Origin: a virus
Taxonomy: Duplodnaviria > Caudoviricetes
IMG/VR virus record: IMGVR_UViG_3300019776_000220
Span: 216 to 64,215 of that record
DNA: 64,000 bases
Direction: 5' to 3' (one strand)
This document shows, piece by piece, positions 1 to 9,726 of this stretch. The translations under genes were made by a program, and so were the position numbers. Positions within the stretch are counted from its first letter, which is position 1. Every line of letters starts with the position of its first letter. The notes below the pieces were generated by a model. That model made no database searches, had not been told where the DNA came from, and saw only the letters and a program-made list of their open reading frames with translations.

Positions 1-874
1 GTTAACTACTACGGGGTCAAGTGGTGCGGCTACATTCTCATCTAATACATTAAATGTTCCTAACTATACTTTAGCAGGATTAGGAGGGCAGGCAAGCTCT
101 ACAAATTTAACTTCATTGTCTGGATTGTCATTTGTTTCGACTTCATTTGTCAAAATGACTGCTGCGGGAACATTTGCACTCGATACAAATACATATTATT
201 TAAGCTCAAATCCTTCAGGCTATACCGCAAATACAGGTACTGTAACTTCAGTAGGTGGTACAGGAACTGTATCTGGATTAACATTGAGTGGCTCGGTAAC
301 AACATCGGGTAACTTAACTCTTGGAGGTACACTTAGTTTAACAAGTGGTAACGTAACTGGAGCATTAGGCTACACTCCACCTTCGGGCTCAGGAACCGCT
401 AACTCAGTAGTTAAGTTCACAGGGACTTCTTCAATTGGTAATGGTATTGCAACAGATAATGGTACAACATTTGCAGTTGGAGGAGCATTTACTGCTACGG
501 GAGATATCACAGCATTCTCATCTGATGAAAGATTAAAAGAAAATGTAGTTAATATTCCAAATGCATTAGATAAAATTCTTTCATTGAATGGAGTTACATA
601 CGATTGGAACGATAAAGCACTTGCATTTGGTTTTGTATCTGAGAAAAGAAGACACGATGTAGGATTAATTGCACAACAAGTGGAGGCGGTATTACCAGAA
701 GCAATTGCTCCCGCACCATTTGATACAGATGTTGATAGTGGAGATTCTATTAGCGGAGACAATTACTTGACAGTACGCTATGATAAAATGGTTGCTTTAT
801 TAATCGAAGGGATGAAAGAACAGCAAGCTCAAATTGAAGAATTAAAATTAAAACTAAATAGCAAAAATGATTAA
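1..874 (+). CDS. C-terminal part of a repetitive long tail fibre with peptidase S74 (intramolecular chaperone) domain; 5' partial
   Basis: Frame is open from position 2 (LTTTGSSGAATFSSNTLNVPNY...), the same repeat as in the 55680 and 60791 fibres. C-terminal SDERLKEN...GVTYDW...GLIAQQVE...Y.KMVALLIEGMKE is the S74 signature. Confidence 0.85.
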   Translation, partial: LTTTGSSGAATFSSNTLNVPNYTLAGLGGQASSTNLTSLSGLSFVSTSFVKMTAAGTFALDTNTYYLSSNPSGYTANTGTVTSVGGTGTVSGLTLSGSVTTSGNLTLGGTLSLTSGNVTGALGYTPPSGSGTANSVVKFTGTSSIGNGIATDNGTTFAVGGAFTATGDITAFSSDERLKENVVNIPNALDKILSLNGVTYDWNDKALAFGFVSEKRRHDVGLIAQQVEAVLPEAIAPAPFDTDVDSGDSISGDNYLTVRYDKMVALLIEGMKEQQAQIEELKLKLNSKND

Positions 875-1055
875 TCTAACTCAAGAAGAAATTGATGCTC
901 TTTATGTTAGTTTTATCAATAGAACGGTAATATATAAAGATGCAACTGACCAAGAAATAGCAAGGCAAGATTTATTAAACAATGAAACTCATAAAGCTAT
1001 TTTTGTTAATTTTTTAAACGACCCTGACTTTTTTGCTCGTTGGGGAACAGTATAA
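867..1055 (+). CDS. small protein, possible fibre assembly factor
   Basis: 62-aa ORF overlapping the fibre stop; function inferred from context only. Confidence 0.4.
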   Translation: MINLTQEEIDALYVSFINRTVIYKDATDQEIARQDLLNNETHKAIFVNFLNDPDFFARWGTV

Positions 1056-1067
1056 TAATAAGATATT

Positions 1068-2315
1068 ATGGCACTACCAGCTACAGGAGCTTTATCTATA
1101 TCGGCAGTTAAGTTAGAATTAAATAACTCAACTACATATTCTCTTGATACATTAAGTACATATGCAAGCAAGTCTGCCCCAGATTCTATGAGTGAGTTTT
1201 ATAATTATGGCTCTACGGTTGAACTTACAGCAGGATTGGCTACAATTGGTTTTACTGGGAAGTATGCAACTCTTCCACAAGGAGGGTGGGCAGTTGTTGG
1301 CTTTACTACAGCGGGGCTTACAAATTATAGTGTGGTAAAACTATTCCCTAATGGTAAAGTAGATACTTCTTTTGCTCAACAATCTACGCAAGCGATGCGT
1401 GGAGTAAGCTATAGTTATACAAACAATAGATACTACGGTTTTGGAACATTTGGATTTTATGGGTCTTGGAGTAAATCTTTTTTAGTTTCAATATTGCCAT
1501 CTGGTCTTCCTGATACATCATTTAATAGTGGTGGTTCTGGTTTATCTGCAAATGGATTTGTAAATGCCGTAGCACCATTACCTAATGGTCAATTAATAAT
1601 AGGAGGAGATTTTACAAGTTATAATGGAACTACTGTAAATAAAATAGCAAGATTAAATGCAAATGGCACATTAGATACATCATTTAATAGCGGAGGTTCA
1701 GGGGGAGATAATACTGTTTTAACAGTCGTATACGACCCAATTAGTGGTAAATTATTGTGCGGGTCAAATGATGGAGGTATTTGTTGGAATGGGAACTGTA
1801 CTACTGGGCTTTTTAGATTAAATTATGATGGCTCTTTTGATACAACATTTAATTCTGGAGGGGCTGGTATTAGTGGAGGTGGTAATTCAATTTCTGCTAC
1901 TGTTGTAGATTCTGTAGGTAAAATCCATATTATTGGATGGTTTACCCAATATAATGGAGTATCAAGAGGAGGAGGCTATTGCAGACTTAATAATAATGGA
2001 ACTTTAGATACATCTTTTGTTCCCGATGGAGGAAATGCTGTTGATGATGTAGCTGTAGGAGGAGATGACTTGCCCGTAGTTTCACTTAGAAATAATAATG
2101 GTAATGGGTATTGGAGAAAGTTAACCTCTACGGGAGCATATAATAGCACATTTAATACCGCAGGCACATCATTTAACACACAGCCTCCTTTAACTATAGC
2201 TGCCACTAATAATACTTATTTTGTATTTTTAGCTGACAACTATAATGGTACAGGTTTAGGCGGAAGAAACATAGGAAGAATATCGGCTTCGGGAGCATTG
2301 CTTGGTTATTCTTAA
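1068..2315 (+). CDS. putative fibre-tip adhesin with delta-60-type beta-propeller repeats
   Basis: N-terminal MALPATGALSISAVKLEL...SMSEFY fibre-attachment-like motif; repeated RLNxNGTLDTSFNSGG units. Confidence 0.65.
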   Translation: MALPATGALSISAVKLELNNSTTYSLDTLSTYASKSAPDSMSEFYNYGSTVELTAGLATIGFTGKYATLPQGGWAVVGFTTAGLTNYSVVKLFPNGKVDTSFAQQSTQAMRGVSYSYTNNRYYGFGTFGFYGSWSKSFLVSILPSGLPDTSFNSGGSGLSANGFVNAVAPLPNGQLIIGGDFTSYNGTTVNKIARLNANGTLDTSFNSGGSGGDNTVLTVVYDPISGKLLCGSNDGGICWNGNCTTGLFRLNYDGSFDTTFNSGGAGISGGGNSISATVVDSVGKIHIIGWFTQYNGVSRGGGYCRLNNNGTLDTSFVPDGGNAVDDVAVGGDDLPVVSLRNNNGNGYWRKLTSTGAYNSTFNTAGTSFNTQPPLTIAATNNTYFVFLADNYNGTGLGGRNIGRISASGALLGYS

Positions 2316-2333
2316 TCTAAATAATTAATATTG

Positions 2334-2341
2334 TACATTTG
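2334..2341 (+). promoter_or_regulatory. Bacteroidota housekeeping-sigma -7 box (TAnnTTTG)
   Basis: TACATTTG in the intergenic gap upstream of 2359. Confidence 0.5.
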
Positions 2342-2358
2342 TACTATTAAATAATCAA

Positions 2359-4740
2359 TTGATGGCAAACATTCCTGATAATATAGTTGCAATTCTTGGA
2401 GTCGATAATGCGGGGGCAATAACAAACATTGACCCTAATTTAGTATTCAATAAGCAGATTGCTACAGGTTCTCCTATAGTAGTAGAAACAGTTCCGACAA
2501 AAAAAGAAGCAGCTACAGAGCCAACTGTCATTACAAATACAATTGAATCAACGGTAGCGTTGACAATTACTGCTGACCCAACTAATATTCCAATGGTCAA
2601 TAAAGACCAAGACAACCTTGAGAATTCAGTTGTTTGGCAAGTTGCAAAAAAGGTCGGAGTTAATACTAAGAGCCCAAGATTTCTATTTGATGTATATGCG
2701 GGAAGCGTAAACGTAACCCCATCTACGTTAAAAGATGGATATAAATTAAAGAATTTTAACTTTGCATACGCTGACTTTACTACATCTGGTAGTGAGCAAT
2801 TATATTTTGGAGACGACACATCATTGCCTGTTGTTAACGTCAAAAAATTATTAATTAGGGGATTAACTACAACAACATCCCCTACTAAAATAAGGATATT
2901 AGGCATTAACGATACGGGAAATGTTTCGGCATTCTCAATGCCTACAAGCGGTTCTGTATTATTTTCAGATGGTGTTACATTATCTTCTGCTCCAACTAAT
3001 CTATTTTGGGATATTACTAATAGCAGACTTGGGATTCTTACGAATGTTCCTTCGTATCCATTAGATGTAAATGGAACGGCAAGAATTGTAACAAGTTTAA
3101 TTACTCCTGTAATTGGTAATACAGGCGGCATTACTGCAAATAATACTTGGACATTTACATCTAATGTGGTTGTTCCTGTTACCCCAACTGACCCAACACA
3201 CGCTGCATCAAAGCAATATGTAGATAATTCAGCACTAACAGGTCTTAGATTAGGAGCATCTGTTAAAACTGTTGCCACATCAAATATTGGATTAAGTGGG
3301 CTTGCTGCCATTAATGGATACACTCCTATTGCGGGAGATAGAATCTTAGTTATTGGTCAGACGACTCAATCAGCCAATGGTGTTTATGATGCAGCTTCTG
3401 GTGCGTGGACACGTTCTACAGATTCAGATACAGATGCCGAATTGCGTGGATATCAATACTTAGTTACTGCGGGAACTAACGCAAACTATAGATATGGGAA
3501 TACTAACCAATCTGCTATAACAGTTGGTTCTACAGCTATTACATATCAACAAATTTCAAGTGCGGAAACAGACCCTATATTTACTGCCTCCGCTGCATTT
3601 GGCATTACTGCAACTAATATTACAAACTGGAATACCGCTTACAATAGGTCGCTTACAACACTTACAATTACAGGTACAACTACTAAGACAGTTACCCTTA
3701 CAAAGCAGGATGCGACAACATTGACTGCAACATTTACGGATACGGTCACAAGTGTATTTGGTAGAACAGGTGCGGTAACTGCTACAGGTGGAGATTATAC
3801 AACTGCCCAAGTTACAGAAAGCGGAAACTTATATTACACAGATGCAAGAGTTAGAGCAGCAGTAAGTTTTGTTGCAGGTAGTGGGGGATATACTGCAGGA
3901 ACTGGAGTATTTTCAATTCCTACTAATACAAATCAATTAACCAATGGTGCGGGATATATTACGGGTATTACTTATACAAATGTAATTACTGCACTTGGAT
4001 TTACCCCATATGATGGTTCTACAAACTCTAATGGTTATGTTACTGCATCAGGGGCAAGGTCTGCAATATCATTAACTACATCAGGAACAAGTGGTGCTGC
4101 TACATATAATTCGGGAACAGGAGTTTTAAATATACCTATATATCAAGGCGGTGTAACATCATTCAATACAAGAACTGGTGCTGTTACATTAACATCTGCT
4201 GACATTAGTTCCGCTCTTGGATTTACTCCTGTTGCAGCTACCGTTACGTCTGTAGGAGCTACATCAAGTATTGGTTTAACAATTACAAATAGCCCAATTA
4301 CAAGTTCGGGAACATTAGTCATTGGTTCAATTAATGACGATTTAAGGATGCGTTCTCTTGCAGTTGGAACATTTACTGGGTTAACGCTTCCGACTGCCGT
4401 AGATGGTAAAATACAAGCCTCAGCAGACATTGTAGGATATAGTACATCTGATGAAAGATTAAAAGAAAACATTAGAGTAATTGATAATGCTACAGATAAG
4501 TTAAGTCGAATCCGCGGTGTTAAGTTTGATTGGAAAAAAGAATTTGAATACCTTCACGGTTTTGAGGGACCAGATATGGGTATAATTGCCCAAGATGTAA
4601 TGGAGGAATTTCCTGAAGCATTAACTACAAGAGAAAGCGGATATTTGGCGGTTCGCTATGAGAAATTAATTGGTCTTCTTGTAGCAGCAGTTAATGAGCA
4701 ATCAGACAAGATTAAGGAATTGGAATCTAAAATAAAATAG
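2359..4740 (+). CDS. tail fibre with C-terminal peptidase S74 chaperone domain
   Basis: T/G/S-rich fibre repeats (VTSVFGRTGAV, GVTSFNTRTGAVTL), HAASKQYVD motif, C-terminal SDERLKENI...GVKFDW...GIIAQDV...YEKLIGLL. Confidence 0.85.
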   Translation: MMANIPDNIVAILGVDNAGAITNIDPNLVFNKQIATGSPIVVETVPTKKEAATEPTVITNTIESTVALTITADPTNIPMVNKDQDNLENSVVWQVAKKVGVNTKSPRFLFDVYAGSVNVTPSTLKDGYKLKNFNFAYADFTTSGSEQLYFGDDTSLPVVNVKKLLIRGLTTTTSPTKIRILGINDTGNVSAFSMPTSGSVLFSDGVTLSSAPTNLFWDITNSRLGILTNVPSYPLDVNGTARIVTSLITPVIGNTGGITANNTWTFTSNVVVPVTPTDPTHAASKQYVDNSALTGLRLGASVKTVATSNIGLSGLAAINGYTPIAGDRILVIGQTTQSANGVYDAASGAWTRSTDSDTDAELRGYQYLVTAGTNANYRYGNTNQSAITVGSTAITYQQISSAETDPIFTASAAFGITATNITNWNTAYNRSLTTLTITGTTTKTVTLTKQDATTLTATFTDTVTSVFGRTGAVTATGGDYTTAQVTESGNLYYTDARVRAAVSFVAGSGGYTAGTGVFSIPTNTNQLTNGAGYITGITYTNVITALGFTPYDGSTNSNGYVTASGARSAISLTTSGTSGAATYNSGTGVLNIPIYQGGVTSFNTRTGAVTLTSADISSALGFTPVAATVTSVGATSSIGLTITNSPITSSGTLVIGSINDDLRMRSLAVGTFTGLTLPTAVDGKIQASADIVGYSTSDERLKENIRVIDNATDKLSRIRGVKFDWKKEFEYLHGFEGPDMGIIAQDVMEEFPEALTTRESGYLAVRYEKLIGLLVAAVNEQSDKIKELESKIK

Positions 4741-4741
4741 A

Positions 4742-5575
4742 ATGGCAGGTTTACCGTTATCGGGGAAAATTACTTTGAATGATATTCGAACAGAAATCGG
4801 TATATCAGAATCTAATTTTTCCTTAGATACTGCGGAAAATGGTCAATATGTTACAATTAATCCTTGTAGTCAATACAAACCTGCATTAACAAATCCAGCT
4901 TCATTAAGCGAATGGTATGGATATAATCATAGAGCCCCGTGTAATTCTTATGAATTTACTGCTACTATATCGGATATTGGCACATCGGGTTCTTGTGAAC
5001 AAGTTTTTGATTACACAGAGGCAAGATTAAATATTTCAATGATTCCGTTTGCTGTTATTAAAATAGGAACTGACCCTCAAATAAACAGAATGCAAATCAG
5101 AAATATTGAAAAATTCCCAAGCGTAAGAGTTGAAGTAAAAGGGAGTATATATGGTGTAACAACATTGATTTATGCATTTGAAGGTAATGGAGCATCATAT
5201 GTTCCTTGGGATTTAGTTCCGAATACAGGAAGTGCTGGAGCGGGAGATATTAAAAGTTTGAATATATACTCTATAACGATTTGGTATGGAGATGGGTCAG
5301 GTAGAGTATTATCTAATCAGCAAATTTCTTTTACAAATCCTCCTGCTGATGGGTATTATGTAACTCCTGCATATTATTCAGCTTCAGCAGGTACTGTATG
5401 TGCTGTATCAACTTTAGGGGATTATTTTACATTTCAATATCCATTTACAGCAGGGGCATATGTTAGAGACCAATTTGGGGTTTCCGCTCCAAATGGTTAT
5501 TACAGAATGTTAAAAGATTCTAATGTAATTTATCAAGTTACAAGTGGTTTAATTTCAGGAATAACAAGTTGCTAA
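4742..5575 (+). CDS. putative fibre-tip adhesin
   Basis: Directly follows an S74 fibre; N-terminus LPLSGKITLNDIRTEIG...SLSEWYGY resembles that of 1068..2315. Confidence 0.55.
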   Translation: MAGLPLSGKITLNDIRTEIGISESNFSLDTAENGQYVTINPCSQYKPALTNPASLSEWYGYNHRAPCNSYEFTATISDIGTSGSCEQVFDYTEARLNISMIPFAVIKIGTDPQINRMQIRNIEKFPSVRVEVKGSIYGVTTLIYAFEGNGASYVPWDLVPNTGSAGAGDIKSLNIYSITIWYGDGSGRVLSNQQISFTNPPADGYYVTPAYYSASAGTVCAVSTLGDYFTFQYPFTAGAYVRDQFGVSAPNGYYRMLKDSNVIYQVTSGLISGITSC

Positions 5576-5576
5576 T

Positions 5577-7247
5577 ATGGCTCAGATATCAAGGTGGGTA
5601 TGGTCGGATTGTGCTACATTGGTAGTTGGATGTACTTTGTATTCTAACTATGAAAGAACAGCCGTATATGCAAGCAAACAAATTACGATAACTACAGGAG
5701 GAATAAAAAGAGTTTATTCTACAATGTCTTCTGGTGCTATTGTAAGTATATCAGATTGCACTTGGACATCATCTTCTGCATATAATATTTATCAACCAAT
5801 TTATAGTGGTTCAAAAAATAATTGCGGTAACGGTGGAACTGGAAGCACAATAACAGTAAATGATGGAGGAGCATATTCTTTTGCAGGAACAACTACACCA
5901 ATTACATCATATATTTCTCAAGCTGATGCAGATAGTCAAGCTCAGACTGCTTCACAGAATAATTTTTATGCAGGAATACAGAATTACATTAATACTTATT
6001 CAACTTGTACTTGGTCTTATTATAACGGTTCAGCAACATATCCAGCAACAAGTTATACGAGAAATAATTGCGGAGCAGGATGTGATGCAGGAGCTGTAAC
6101 TTATCAAGCAGTAACTAAATCAGGATATGCTGCGACCTCTACAGTTGCTTATCAAAACGGTATTGATGGAGCAGTTGATATAGCTAACGGATATGCATAT
6201 TCTGCCGCACAAGCAGAAAGTCAGACATTAGGTCAAGCATATGCAAATACTTATGGAAGTTGCTGCTGCTGGGTTTCAGATGCTAATTGCAATGGATGTG
6301 ATTACAGAGGAGATAGACAAAGAAATACTTGTTCTGGAGCATATAGATATGAGTATGTTACTGAATATAGTTCTTGTACTTGTAGTGTAGGTTGCAAGGG
6401 AACTAATTACAACAACAACTATTGCGGTGGAGCGGATGGTAAAGATAGGATATATTATGAAATTTATAATTGCAATGGGTCTTCAACAGGAGCATCTTAT
6501 TCTGTGAATTGCGATTGCGATTTAAAACAACCAAGTCTTACTGCTACAACTTATACTACTTGTGTTGGATGCCAAAATGTTACTGTATATAGAGATACAG
6601 GAAATAGATGTTCAACAACATATCTACAATATTATGTTAACGGAGTTGCTGTTGGAGGATTACCTTCTACAGCCCTTTGTAACACAACTCCTGATTATGG
6701 GAATGACCTTGGTATTAAATGTCTATATGGTACAAACTATTATGTTTTAGGAAATTATAATAGTTGTGGAAATTATAGATACAAGTATTATGCTGGAAAT
6801 GAAGTAAATTATACAAATAGTCTGGATAATTTTACAAATGCTTGTACATTCTCTGCATATCGTAGTGGTACATTTACTCGTAATAACTGTGGTAGCGGAT
6901 ATATAGGTGGAAGTGTATCATATTCTAATACATATTATTATTCTGGCATTGATGGTCAATCGGGTGCTGATGCTTTAGCAGATGCAAACTTTAATAATGA
7001 TGGGCAAAATTATGCTAACTCAAATGGGTCTTGTACTGCAATTCCTTCGTGTTATGATTACAATATTGTAGCATATACCGCTGGAGTTACTGTATCGGGA
7101 ACATATACAACTTGTGCTGGCAGCGGTAGCTCATTTAGTTTTTATGCTTATAGCTCAGGAGTAGTTGGGGTGGTATCTTGTGCTCAACAAGGGTCAGTAA
7201 GTGTAACAAGTGGAAATGGAACAAAGACTACAGGTTCTCAATGTTAA
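5577..7247 (+). CDS. cysteine-rich protein with DUF5977-like repeats, putative virion or receptor-binding protein
   Basis: Three (T/S)(R/K)NNC...Q(N/A)Y(A/I)N...C repeats; about 33 Cys in 556 aa by hand count. Confidence 0.6.
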   Translation: MAQISRWVWSDCATLVVGCTLYSNYERTAVYASKQITITTGGIKRVYSTMSSGAIVSISDCTWTSSSAYNIYQPIYSGSKNNCGNGGTGSTITVNDGGAYSFAGTTTPITSYISQADADSQAQTASQNNFYAGIQNYINTYSTCTWSYYNGSATYPATSYTRNNCGAGCDAGAVTYQAVTKSGYAATSTVAYQNGIDGAVDIANGYAYSAAQAESQTLGQAYANTYGSCCCWVSDANCNGCDYRGDRQRNTCSGAYRYEYVTEYSSCTCSVGCKGTNYNNNYCGGADGKDRIYYEIYNCNGSSTGASYSVNCDCDLKQPSLTATTYTTCVGCQNVTVYRDTGNRCSTTYLQYYVNGVAVGGLPSTALCNTTPDYGNDLGIKCLYGTNYYVLGNYNSCGNYRYKYYAGNEVNYTNSLDNFTNACTFSAYRSGTFTRNNCGSGYIGGSVSYSNTYYYSGIDGQSGADALADANFNNDGQNYANSNGSCTAIPSCYDYNIVAYTAGVTVSGTYTTCAGSGSSFSFYAYSSGVVGVVSCAQQGSVSVTSGNGTKTTGSQC

Positions 7248-7256
7248 AATAATTTG

Positions 7257-7275
7257 TATATTTGCGTAACCAAAC
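7257..7275 (+). promoter_or_regulatory. -7 box TATATTTG followed by AACCAAAC leader
   Basis: TATATTTGCGTAACCAAAC; near-identical to 52186-52204. Confidence 0.6.
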
Positions 7276-7284
7276 ATTATAACA

Positions 7285-7566
7285 ATGAATAAATTCTTAA
7301 CAATTGCAAAGGCTTGGGGAATAGCCGTTTACCATACTGAGGAGCAAAAAGCTCTCGCAGATGAACGTATGGAAGAATGCAGTAAATGCGAAAGTCTTCA
7401 GGAGGTTGATGTCAAAAGTATGACAGGAGGTATAGTTAATAACTATTTCCTATGTGGTGCTTGTGGATGCCCAATGCAAGGGAAGATGTACACTCCAGTA
7501 GATGCCCCTAATGAGCATAAGTGCCCTAAAAATAAGTGGAAAGAGCAAAATTTAATCAAACAATAA
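7285..7566 (+). CDS. small Cys-cluster protein (CxxC...CxxCxC...CPxxKW; DUF6171-like)
   Basis: RMEECSKC...LCGACGC...KCPKNKW. Confidence 0.55.
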   Translation: MNKFLTIAKAWGIAVYHTEEQKALADERMEECSKCESLQEVDVKSMTGGIVNNYFLCGACGCPMQGKMYTPVDAPNEHKCPKNKWKEQNLIKQ

Positions 7567-7567
7567 A

Positions 7568-8023
7568 ATGGAAAAGAAAAAGTTAAAATTCATCGAGTTA
7601 TTATCATTAGATGCTGAAGTAAACGGATATTACCGTGAACCTCAAAAAGATGAAGATGGTAATCAAATTGTTCCCGAAATTAGAATTATTGGTATTACTA
7701 ATAGTTTGCCAGCAGAAGTAAATTTCATTTTAAAATATCGACTTGACAAACTAATCCTTGCTATTGCAACTGAAAAGACAGCGTTCTTTGAAATGCAAAA
7801 GGAGTTAGCTAAAAAGTATGGCAAAGAGGTAGATGGGAATATTACTATTGATAAAGAAATTGATGGTAATCCAAATCCTAACTACGACAAATTCCAAAAA
7901 GAAAATGAGGAATTACTACAAGAGGAAATTGAATTATCTTATAAGCCGTTGCCATTAAAGGGAATGGAGGATATCGTTAATTCACAGAAATATTCTATCC
8001 TTTACGATTTTATCGAAGACTAA
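7568..8023 (+). CDS. hypothetical acidic helical protein
   Basis: 151-aa ORF in the operon. Confidence 0.6.
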   Translation: MEKKKLKFIELLSLDAEVNGYYREPQKDEDGNQIVPEIRIIGITNSLPAEVNFILKYRLDKLILAIATEKTAFFEMQKELAKKYGKEVDGNITIDKEIDGNPNPNYDKFQKENEELLQEEIELSYKPLPLKGMEDIVNSQKYSILYDFIED

Positions 8024-8160
8024 TGTCAGAAGAAGACAGATTGGTTTTGTTAGCAAGTATTTGGGGAGGGAGTTGCATTTGTGCAATATCCCTCTTCATT
8101 GGATTTATATGGGCAAAACGCAAAGAACTAAATATTACGTTTAAGAATATTTTGCGATAA
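8023..8160 (+). CDS. small single-TM protein (not in ORF track)
   Basis: MSEEDRLVLLASIWGGSCICAISLFIGFIWAKRKELNITFKNILR, coupled via TAATG. Confidence 0.55.
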   Translation: MSEEDRLVLLASIWGGSCICAISLFIGFIWAKRKELNITFKNILR

Positions 8161-8200
8161 GTTCATTATAGTTTATCTTTGTTCTGTAATATTTAGATAA

Positions 8201-8404
8201 ATGAATGAACATCACCCCTATGTTGGAATCCTTAATATCTGTTTAGCATTTATTGGGGCTGTTATGTCAATTGCATTGGCAAATATTCAGGTGGTTATCA
8301 GTATACTTGCAGGAATTATGGGTATAATTTCAGCAGGGTTTGCAATAAGATACTATTATTACAAAACAGAAGAGGTCATTAAGACCAAAAAAGATGTGGA
8401 TTGA
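8201..8404 (+). CDS. putative holin or antiholin
   Basis: Two hydrophobic segments and a charged C-tail, upstream of the endolysin; -7 box TATCTTTG at 8174-8181. Confidence 0.6.
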   Translation: MNEHHPYVGILNICLAFIGAVMSIALANIQVVISILAGIMGIISAGFAIRYYYYKTEEVIKTKKDVD

Positions 8405-8651
8405 ATTCTTCAAAGATGGCAAAGGCAACTACTCTCATACACGACTCATTTCAATAATTGGGTCGTTTTGTGTTTTTATAATGTTCTTATATATGCCTAC
8501 TAATGATGGTATTCAAAACTTAATGACAATTTTACTTACAGCATCTTTAGTTAACGCTACAGCATCTAAATTTGCAGATAAAACTAAACAAAGACAATAT
8601 GGTAACGAGTCAACAAGCTCTGAAGAAATACGGGGCAGCGAGTCAAACTAA
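8394..8651 (+). CDS. putative holin
   Basis: EFFKDGKGNYSHTRL followed by two TM segments; adjacent to the endolysin. Confidence 0.55.
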   Translation: MWIEFFKDGKGNYSHTRLISIIGSFCVFIMFLYMPTNDGIQNLMTILLTASLVNATASKFADKTKQRQYGNESTSSEEIRGSESN

Positions 8652-9018
8652 TCCTCACTTAACTTTATGGGATGTGCCTACTGAATTAGAAATTGGTATT
8701 ATTCCTAAAAGAATATACTGCAACAAAGATTTAATAGAGCCATTAAAACTTGCATTTAAGAAACTAATTGATACTAAGTGCGTTAATGAATTAAAGACGT
8801 GGGATGGATGTTTTAATATCCGCAACAAAAGAGGTTTATCCTCAATGAGTCTTCATTCTTGGGCTATTGCAATTGATGTAAATGCTTTTGAAAATGGGCT
8901 AAACCAAGTTCCTAAATTATCTAAAGAATTTGTAGAATGTTTTACAAGCTCAGGATTTGATTGGGGTGGTACTTGGACAAGAAAAGATGGTATGCATTTT
9001 CAATTATCTAAAATATGA
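8599..9018 (+). CDS. endolysin, M15 family peptidase (L-Ala-D-Glu peptidase-like)
   Basis: GCFNIR...SLHSWAIAIDVN...WGGTW...DGMHFQ (SxHxxxxAxD plus DxxH Zn ligands); ATG at 8599 preferred over TTG at 8572. Confidence 0.85.
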   Translation: MVTSQQALKKYGAASQTNPHLTLWDVPTELEIGIIPKRIYCNKDLIEPLKLAFKKLIDTKCVNELKTWDGCFNIRNKRGLSSMSLHSWAIAIDVNAFENGLNQVPKLSKEFVECFTSSGFDWGGTWTRKDGMHFQLSKI

Positions 9019-9485
9019 AAAATATTATTCTCCTTATTTTTGCGTTGATTATCGTCGCATCTTGTAAGTCAACCAAGTTGACTAATACTGTCACCGAAAA
9101 AGTTCGGATTGATACACTTCGTGATACAACAATCATTACCAAATTCCAAGCTGTACACGACACTTTAACCATTGATAATCCTTGCGATTCTGCTGGAATC
9201 TTAACGACTTTCTATAGCAAAATAAAGATACCACAAGGACAGATAGTAATTCGTAGCGTACGGGGCAAGATACAGGCTACTGTAAACATTGATTCAATTC
9301 AGAGCGTGTACAAGAATATGTACAGAGCAAAGCAAAGCTCAGATATCAAGATAAGCGAAAAAGTTATAAACAAAATTGTTTATCCATCTTGGATGGTTAC
9401 AGCATTGATATTTGAAACTTTAATCATTTTAGGCTACATTTACTTAAAAGTTTTTTATCCAATAACTTATTTAAGGAAGAAATAA
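9015..9485 (+). CDS. putative unimolecular spanin (lipoprotein with C-terminal TM helix)
   Basis: Lipobox IVAS-C17, C-terminal hydrophobic helix plus RKK, immediately after the endolysin. Confidence 0.65.
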   Translation: MKNIILLIFALIIVASCKSTKLTNTVTEKVRIDTLRDTTIITKFQAVHDTLTIDNPCDSAGILTTFYSKIKIPQGQIVIRSVRGKIQATVNIDSIQSVYKNMYRAKQSSDIKISEKVINKIVYPSWMVTALIFETLIILGYIYLKVFYPITYLRKK

Positions 9486-9622
9486 TGGCAAAGGCATTAA
9501 ACATCACAATCTTCAAGAAGAAGCCTAAAAAAAATAACAAAGGAATTCACGCTAAGACAAAGCAGAGCAAAGCAAAAGGCTCATCTAATTATGTCAAAGT
9601 GTATAGAGGACAGGGTAAGTAA
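9485..9622 (+). CDS. small basic protein ending YRGQGK (not in ORF track)
   Basis: MAKALNITIFKKKPKKNNKGIHAKTKQSKAKGSSNYVKVYRGQGK, coupled via TAATG. Confidence 0.65.
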   Translation: MAKALNITIFKKKPKKNNKGIHAKTKQSKAKGSSNYVKVYRGQGK

Positions 9623-9644
9623 AAATTTAGAACACGGAGTTGCA

Positions 9645-9673
9645 AATGCCTCAGCTTATTAAGTTGGGGCATT
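9645..9673 (+). terminator. stem-loop after lysis cassette
   Basis: AATGCCTCAGCTT-ATT-AAGTTGGGGCATT, 13-bp stem with G-U pairs; weak U-tract. Confidence 0.45.
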
Positions 9674-9726
9674 GTCGTATATAACAAAAAAATTCATAAC
9701 TTTGGGTAAATTAAATAGAAAATACA

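Noticed and set aside
1068-7247. Diversity-generating retroelement acting on the adhesins
   Set aside because: No reverse transcriptase and no template/variable repeat pair differing at adenines was seen
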